A stretch of DNA of 43,265 nucleotides, from assembly GCA_003344405.1 (NCBI GenBank), contig NOWV01000174.1, positions 124,001 to 167,265 of the forward strand, in the 5' to 3' direction. Under the pieces are notes generated by a model. That model searched no databases. It had not been told where the DNA came from and saw only the letters and a program-made list of their open reading frames with translations. A program made the position numbers and the translations under genes. Below are positions 38,001 to 43,265 of the stretch, piece by piece. This DNA is from Trichoplax sp. H2 (Eukaryota). How positions within the stretch are numbered: position 1 is the stretch's first letter; each line of letters begins with the position of its first letter.

Positions 38001-38111
38001 ATTTTTCGTCTGAGCCATCATGACAATCATTCTTGTAATCGCACCAGTCTGTATAAGAAATACAAGCACCATCATCACACTCTAACAGCGCCTTAGGTAT
38101 ATCAGGTGCAC
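18992..38111 (-). CDS. Giant LDLa + LRR-containing rhodopsin-family GPCR (type C LGR, RXFP/GRL101-like); at least 40 coding exons, ~1340 aa, 5' end unresolved
   Basis: In transcript order: LDLa exon 38111-37995, Cys-rich exon 37677-37561, LRRNT exon 37491-37383, 36 LRR exons between 36843 and 20615, hinge+7TM exon 20075-18992. All junctions are GT-AG with compatible phases. No start/signal-peptide exon was identified. Confidence 0.88.
20615..36843 (-). CDS. Array of 36 single-LRR cassette exons (31 x 72 nt, 2 x 75, 2 x 69, 1 x 84), all phase 2-2
   Basis: Exons: 20615-20686, 20997-21068, 21309-21380, 21481-21552, 21964-22038, 22258-22332, 22434-22505, 22616-22699, 22810-22881, 23272-23343, 23692-23763, 23871-23942, 24074-24145, 24808-24879, 25055-25126, 25582-25653, 25781-25852, 26038-26106, 26217-26288, 26418-26489, 28083-28154, 28251-28322, 30035-30106, 30491-30562, 30647-30718, 31101-31172, 31919-31990, 32074-32145, 32267-32335, 32440-32511, 32614-32685, 34756-34827, 36096-36167, 36296-36367, 36460-36531, 36772-36843. 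Each is stop-free and fits xLxxNxLxxLxxxxFxxLxxLxxL, e.g. DLSSNRLRIISNKAFAGLLSLKEL and DLSRNKLTTLKDTFFEGLHSLSTL. Confidence 0.92.
24604..24803. repeat. Intronic imperfect tandem duplication (~88-bp unit, period ~112)
   Basis: CTAGATAAGCAATCTTAAGGAAACTATATTACAGCAGCTATGCTAAAGCTACTCCGTAAAAACTAGTTCTACTAGAAGCTAC is repeated with scattered mismatches at 24716-24803. Confidence 0.85.
27189..27422 (+). mobile_element. Family B-related (B') 5' fragment running into an assembly gap
   Basis: Starts TGTCACGGTACGAACTACCGTGAAG exactly where the duplicated flank diverges, with patchy similarity to B (ACTTACA, TTACAGTAAATT, CTGTxCTGTA). Confidence 0.68.
27568..27591. repeat. (TA)12 microsatellite
   Basis: Read directly; shorter TA runs at ~659-672, ~8509-8523 and ~32354-32366. 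Confidence 0.9.
28482..29501. repeat. Direct duplication of flank around gap 2 (28482-28711 vs 29273-29501); probably two haplotypes
   Basis: ~230-bp near-identical copies. The second starts immediately after the N run at 29253-29272. Confidence 0.85.
28712..29252 (+). mobile_element. Family A solo-LTR-like copy, 3' end lost in an assembly gap
   Basis: Begins TGTTACAGTGTTAAATACTGTATTACAGTAGAAAT directly after ACATG and is colinear with 35328-35860 up to the N run. Confidence 0.82.
32943..33107 (+). mobile_element. Family B 5' fragment running into an assembly gap
   Basis: CGTCACGGTACGAATCACCGTAAAGAG... is near-identical to 33794-33958. Confidence 0.72.
33108..33127. other. Assembly gap (20 N placeholder); others at 27423-27442 and 29253-29272
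   Basis: N runs of identical length, each abutting an LTR-like copy. Confidence 0.99.
33128..33722 (+). mobile_element. Family A solo-LTR-like copy, 5' end lost in an assembly gap
   Basis: Colinear with the 35328 copy. Ends GCTGTTTTGTGACA and is followed by GATAT. Confidence 0.82.
33794..34363 (+). mobile_element. ~570-bp solo-LTR-like element, family B (diverged relative of A)
   Basis: Starts TATCACGGTACGAACC and ends ACGTTATCTTTGTCACGAAGCTGGTTTGTGACT (family A end: ACGTTATCTTGTAGCAAAGCTGTTTTGTGACA). Shares TACATGTCTA, a TATTTAA...AATAAAGAAGA block and TGTTTAACGTA with family A. Confidence 0.72.
35328..35954 (+). mobile_element. Complete 627-bp solo-LTR-like element, family A
   Basis: Starts TGTTACAG and ends TTGTGGCA. 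Perfect 5-bp TSD TGGAG (35323-35327 and 35955-35959). Internal TATATAAA (35749-35756) followed by AATAAA (35772-35777). Three more copies are in the window. Confidence 0.85.
37383..37491 (-). CDS. LRR N-terminal cap (LRRNT) exon of the LGR
   Basis: VNITCPAVCKCDSEKIDCSLHELINVPKVDLSIWKI matches CPxxCxC...xDC..L..VP. Acceptor is TCCACAG, donor is GTAAGT, phase 1 to 2. Confidence 0.9.
37561..37677 (-). CDS. Cys-rich 39-codon linker exon between LDLa and LRRNT
   Basis: GATAG|GYPVKKICKEVNCCFSSPLFINTDPVVRRCSIYNYIEMC|GTAAGG; 117 nt, phase 1-1, followed by a 69-nt intron. Confidence 0.65.
37995..38111 (-). CDS. LDL-receptor class A (LDLa) module exon of the LGR
   Basis: CCTTTCAG|APDIPKALLECDDGACISYTDWCDYKNDCHDGSDEKYC|GTATAT; 117 nt, phase 1-1, with the canonical CD...DCxDGSDE..C calcium-binding signature. 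It is too short to appear in the ORF track. Confidence 0.9.
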
Positions 38112-41100
38112 CTGAAAGGAAATTAAAAAAAGCTTACAAATCAATTTCATCATCATTTAATCGGAATTTATGATTACAATGATATTCGTGATCAGAATAA
38201 ATTACAACTTGATGATAAACGTAAAACAATACTAATTATATTAACATAGTTATATAGGCTTATTTCAAATGAGATAATTCACTAATTGATAGCTCAAATA
38301 GATTATATAATAAAATAAACAACAAAAATTTCATGAAGTATGGTATATAATGTGTAAGGTATCAAGTTTAAACCCAGATTAATAGTGACTTGTACGTGTC
38401 TATCTAAAAAGTTTTCAATATCTTACTATGGTTAAATTTATTTTATGTATTGAATGCATTACAGCCAAAATATCCTAAAAGATTTAGATATCAAAATAGT
38501 CAAATTATGACGTATCTAATTATGAAATCTTTAATATCTTAAAATAATTTACTTTTTCATTTATTACAATCATTGGAGCTAAAGTATATTGCAAAGTTTA
38601 CTTTTAAAAATAGTCAATTCTATGACACCCATACCAGTAGTATCGTCTGTCTACTTTCTGATTGATCAAGGATACTCGCTTACGCGGTTACTTATTTCGA
38701 AATAATAAATTCACGTCTTAATAGCTTCATAATAAAATAGTCGAATCCATATAACAGATATATAGTATATAATGATAGAAGTTTATTCATTTTTCGTTTA
38801 CTTTATGGTTTAATGTAGTCATTTAATCTTAATATTTGGTTTATTAAATGTTCAGGATTTGATTTCATACTTCGCTTGTACCAGATATTTTGCCTCATAA
38901 AAAATTATTTCAGTTGAAAATGATGGAGAAATATGGGCTTAACTATTGGAAAAGAGCCTTAGCTTTGAAAACCTATAAATAGTTTTATTATTTTATCGTT
39001 CAGACTTTGTTATAGTTGCACTGCCAAATGTACGTATGGACCGAAATTTTAAATACTGGGGTTAAGTAAGGCATTATGTGCTAGCATTAATCATATTAAG
39101 TATCATAATCATGCTTTTGTCATATCAATATTTAGACATCTTACAGTAGCTAAAGAGATAGATATTGGGCGTACCGGTACGAGATTACCACTAAGAATAC
39201 AAGTATACTGCAGAACTGGACTTTCTTTTAAGGTATTACCCTAACTACATGGAATTTAATATCTGAAAAACAAATCTATAACGTACATAGACAAACAATG
39301 AAACGACGATCTTATTGAATATCTAATGCACTAAAATTGCAGACGGCTGTTATTATTAATATCTGAATATATAGATTAGGCTCTTATGCAATTACATTTT
39401 CTTGTAACCTCTTAACGAATTATCGGTAGTCGATTATATTATGTGCGGGATTAAGCTAATGACTACATACTGTAAATACTGACTGTGCAATAAATATTCT
39501 ACCACTGCTATGACTAAATTAAAATTTGTTTAAGGTGTTCTAGATGACATTATGACGTAATATTGAAACAATATGCATAAATTGAATCTCTCAATAGGAT
39601 AAGCAACGTAAGCAATGCAAAAATTTACTTTTAGATCATAATGTTCGCATATAGTTAGCGATTTGAATATATAATGACATCTCTGCTAATAAAATCATTA
39701 GCCGCTGCCAATAACGCTAAATTCTGTCTAATCTATTGCAGAATGCCATCGATATATGTAATGAAGTCTAAGTATATGATAAATGCATCGTCATCAAATT
39801 GCGGTATTAGACTGAGCAGATTTGCGTACTATAATACAAGGTAGAGTAAAAGTGAGACGAATAGCCTAAAAGATATTTATAAGCTTGTATCTCTTAACAA
39901 ACTAATATAACCTTAAACCGTTTTCTGTCTATCTCATTAAGTAGATGACAACTTTAAGTGATATACTAAACTATAGATCGAACTATGCGAACAGCAACTT
40001 CTATAGTAAAATATAATTTATAAAATACGTATACGTATAAAATATGGCAGTAATTAAAAAGATATTCCGGTTATTTCTTTATGAAACACTACGAAAAGTT
40101 GTTTTAGATTTAAGTTAGGGAGACAAATTGTGATCAGTGTAGGAATACTTTTAATTCATTCCGAATCTGTAATATAAATATTGGAAGGAATAACTTCAAG
40201 ATCATAATCGGTAGCATAAAATTACGACTTTGTTCGAAGTTTTTGACTACGCATAGAAGTCAGTAAATTCAAAATTAACTAATAGTAATTTGAAATAATT
40301 AAAAATATTTCGATTGCTTTTATTCTACTTAAGGATCCAGTAATCGTTGACTTTTTTCTATTTGCGGAGCTAATGAATATTTCCTAGATACGTACATGCT
40401 TAGAAAGGTAGAAATAATCTTTACTATCTTCGATATATTATATATCATTAATAACTCTTGGCAATATTTTAGATTACGTACAGCTATGAAATTGAAAATG
40501 CAATAACATAAATTAGAAATAATTAAACGACTATTGTGTCTTATTACTTTCAGGTGATGGGATGAAGTGTAAACGGTACTTCCTGTTTATTAATAAACTC
40601 TTTCATTATACGCGGATATGAAAAATATTTAGGAATAATAGCAGACATTATCTCAGGTATTAGTTGAATGATAAAACACTGGGAGCGATATTCTAAGTCA
40701 TGCTAGTAGCAATGCTTTCAAGACAACAAATGGAAATTAGAAATAATTTAGACATTATCTCAACCCTTTTCATCAATTATAGATTAAGGAGCATAAAAAT
40801 CCATACACAGAAATTACATAAAGTATTTCCTAAATGGGTATCCATTTTCAGTACTATAAATAGCAGTAATTTCAAATTATATCATGTGCGACGTAATGCT
40901 TTGATAAATAAAAGTGGAGTTTTAAATTGTACATATGGGTAATATTTTCTGAATAAAACAAAATAAATTATCAATAACTTTCAAGCTCTCCAACGTTACT
41001 ATTGCGTGTATGGTTTGATAAACATTTCTATGATACCAGTGTATTTAAAAATAAAATGGAACGGTCCCAAGACTATCTGCTGTTTAGTATAATTTTATAA

Positions 41101-42777
41101 AAGGTTTTTGAAAGGATGCTTTGATCAGATAGACAGAAAATATTTCCATCACAAAATAAAAAGAGATTAAGCATAATTTTCAAATTAACTTAGTCATTGA
41201 CTTTTATAGCAGCCGATTTATTGGCATGATATAAGTTACGGTACCAAATATACAATAGTAAGTACCAGCAAGATATGCGTGAATGGAAAAAAGTTAAGGT
41301 ATTATATTTGGCTCTGCATCGAATTCTGAAATTAAAGGCACTTTTTTATAACAGCATCTACAAATATATCGCGCCTGAGAACGAGGAAATTAATACAATC
41401 TAGTGATTTTCCCTGCTTTTATTTTAAAAGGGTTTTGGGTCATATTTGATGTTATCCTATAGATTTGCATAATTCAATCGTTGAAAAAACTATGGGTGTC
41501 ATTGAAAGAGTATATTATTATTCGTCTACGGAATTTAAATAGATTCTAAGCGAGTGATATATCCGTTGTAAATTTGTGTTATATTATGAGTAGGCATTCT
41601 ATAATATAATAGATTGTGTTGGCTGAGCACGGTACAGTCTAATTATTACTTTATATCATAAATTTTCGATAGTAAAAGGATTTTATGAATAAGGATAGGA
41701 TTTTAATAAGGCCGATTGTCTTTTATAGTACAGGAAGTCAGTATCCAACTATGCTATAAATATACTAAAAATTAAAAATCTTTCGTGATATATCTTTTGA
41801 GTCGCCTAAGTATAGAAATTGAAAATATGTAAGAGCAGTTAGATCTGCTAAATCTATTTGTGTTAGAAATCTTTCTATCATTTAATCACCATCCTCCATG
41901 TTTAGCTATAGTTTCTGTTAGCAATTTGAGCTTTAATAGCACAAATTTTAGCTAAATGGCTAATTAAGAGATATACATTTGATATAATTCAAGCACAACT
42001 AGTTCCTCGGAATACTCTACAATCATTAATTAGTACATTTAAGAACTATATTTTCAGGAACGGAAGCACCACTTCAACTACTAATGGATTAGACAATGAG
42101 AGCCGTCTTTCGACATGCCTAATTACTACAAGCCATTTTAGATTTTCATAATTTGGTTAGCTATTTCTTTCTCTATCGATTGAAACCGTATAGTTAACTT
42201 AGCACCGTTTTATAATCTAGACATAATCATCCTAGCATATTGAATTCTATTAATAAATTATAGCTATGCCCAGAATACGTTCTGCTAATGGATGAAAATC
42301 CTGCAATTTTTTAAAGAATACTAAGCGAAATTGAAAATAAAGAACTTTTTCACCATTAGTAAAAATATATTTTACGTTCATAAATTATATCGTCTTAAAG
42401 AGAATGAAATAATTTAATTTTAGATTAGAATAAAGCGTGAAAACAATATCAATCTAACTACTATAGTAATAAATAACTAACATAAAAGTTAAAATACGTT
42501 CAAAGTTGATCCATCATCGGATTGAAATGTTGTAAGTTGAAAAGGTATCGACTGATAGAAGATCAAACAATTCGGCCACAGTACCGTAGTTGGACAGCTC
42601 AGTTTGATTATTATTCAGAACAGTGCCGTAAGAAGTTGCGGACCGAAACTAAAATTGTCAAATATCACGAGCATTGTACTAGTGATAGAGTTGTTATGAA
42701 AATCGCCATACTTGCTACTAATACATAGCCACAAGGAGAAACTAAAGGTTGATAGTTACTAAATTTAATTATGATAT

Positions 42778-43265
42778 TGTGACAGAGTTATATACTGTAT
42801 TAGAGTAGAATTATCTATGTTTGGATAATTCTGTTAGACTATCCTTATTTAGTTAACTTCTAATTTGGATATACTGTGTTTTAATATAGCACTGACTTTT
42901 TATCACAGTGACACTTATACACATACTGAAATTAATAGTTATAATAAGGAATGCAAATCATCTACTTACAGTTCGAATCATTGCGATTGTAACTTACTTA
43001 TGGTAGATTGTAAGTTATCGTGGAAATGTTCCGTGATAGGACATATCGTAATCTGACTATTCTGTATTAGTCATTACATGTCTATGTTCGTAAATACTGT
43101 TGTCTGCATTAAGGAAGCAATAGCTGTAATTAATATCTAATTCAGTAAATGATTCCAAAGTTAATCGTACTAACTATGACTCATGAACTATTGAGGAATA
43201 GTATATAAATGCAGTATATCGTGTAATAAATGGAATTCTCAAACTTAGTGTTTAACGTAAAATAC
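42778..43265 (+). mobile_element. Family A solo-LTR-like copy, truncated by the window end
   Basis: Begins TGTGACAGAGTTATATACTGTATTAGAGTAGAA after GATAT. Nearly identical to the 33128 copy (about 7 mismatches counted by eye over ~450 bp). Confidence 0.82.

Noticed and set aside
40554-42152. Plus-strand exon-like fragments (GDGMKCK at 40554-40575; NGSTTSTTNG... from 42058)
   Set aside because: Isolated and could not be chained into a gene model; would need RNA-seq.

Overview
AT-rich, intron-dense animal genomic DNA. The compact genes, ~60-300 bp GT-AG introns and gene content suggest a placozoan such as Trichoplax, but this is inference only. I spliced four protein-coding genes by hand: (1) a CoREST/RCOR corepressor (+, 1876-6934, 15 exons) carrying an extra GATA-type zinc finger; (2) protein phosphatase 5 (-, 13588-9105, 15 exons); (3) a GT43 glucuronosyltransferase, B3GAT3-like (+, 14731-16881, 4 exons), head-to-head with PP5; (4) a very large type-C (RXFP/GRL101-like) LRR-GPCR (-, at least 38111-18992) with one LDLa exon, a Cys-rich linker exon, an LRRNT exon, 36 single-repeat phase-2/2 LRR exons and one hinge+7TM exon. 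Its first exon was not found. The receptor locus holds seven copies or fragments of two related ~0.6 kb solo-LTR-like elements (TG...CA ends, 5-bp TSD), all antisense to the gene. Two appear as filled/empty allele pairs on either side of assembly gaps. Gene 5' regions are strongly enriched in CAGTA/TACTG pentamers and palindromes. There are three 20-N gaps. All coordinates and translations were read manually and no database search was run.
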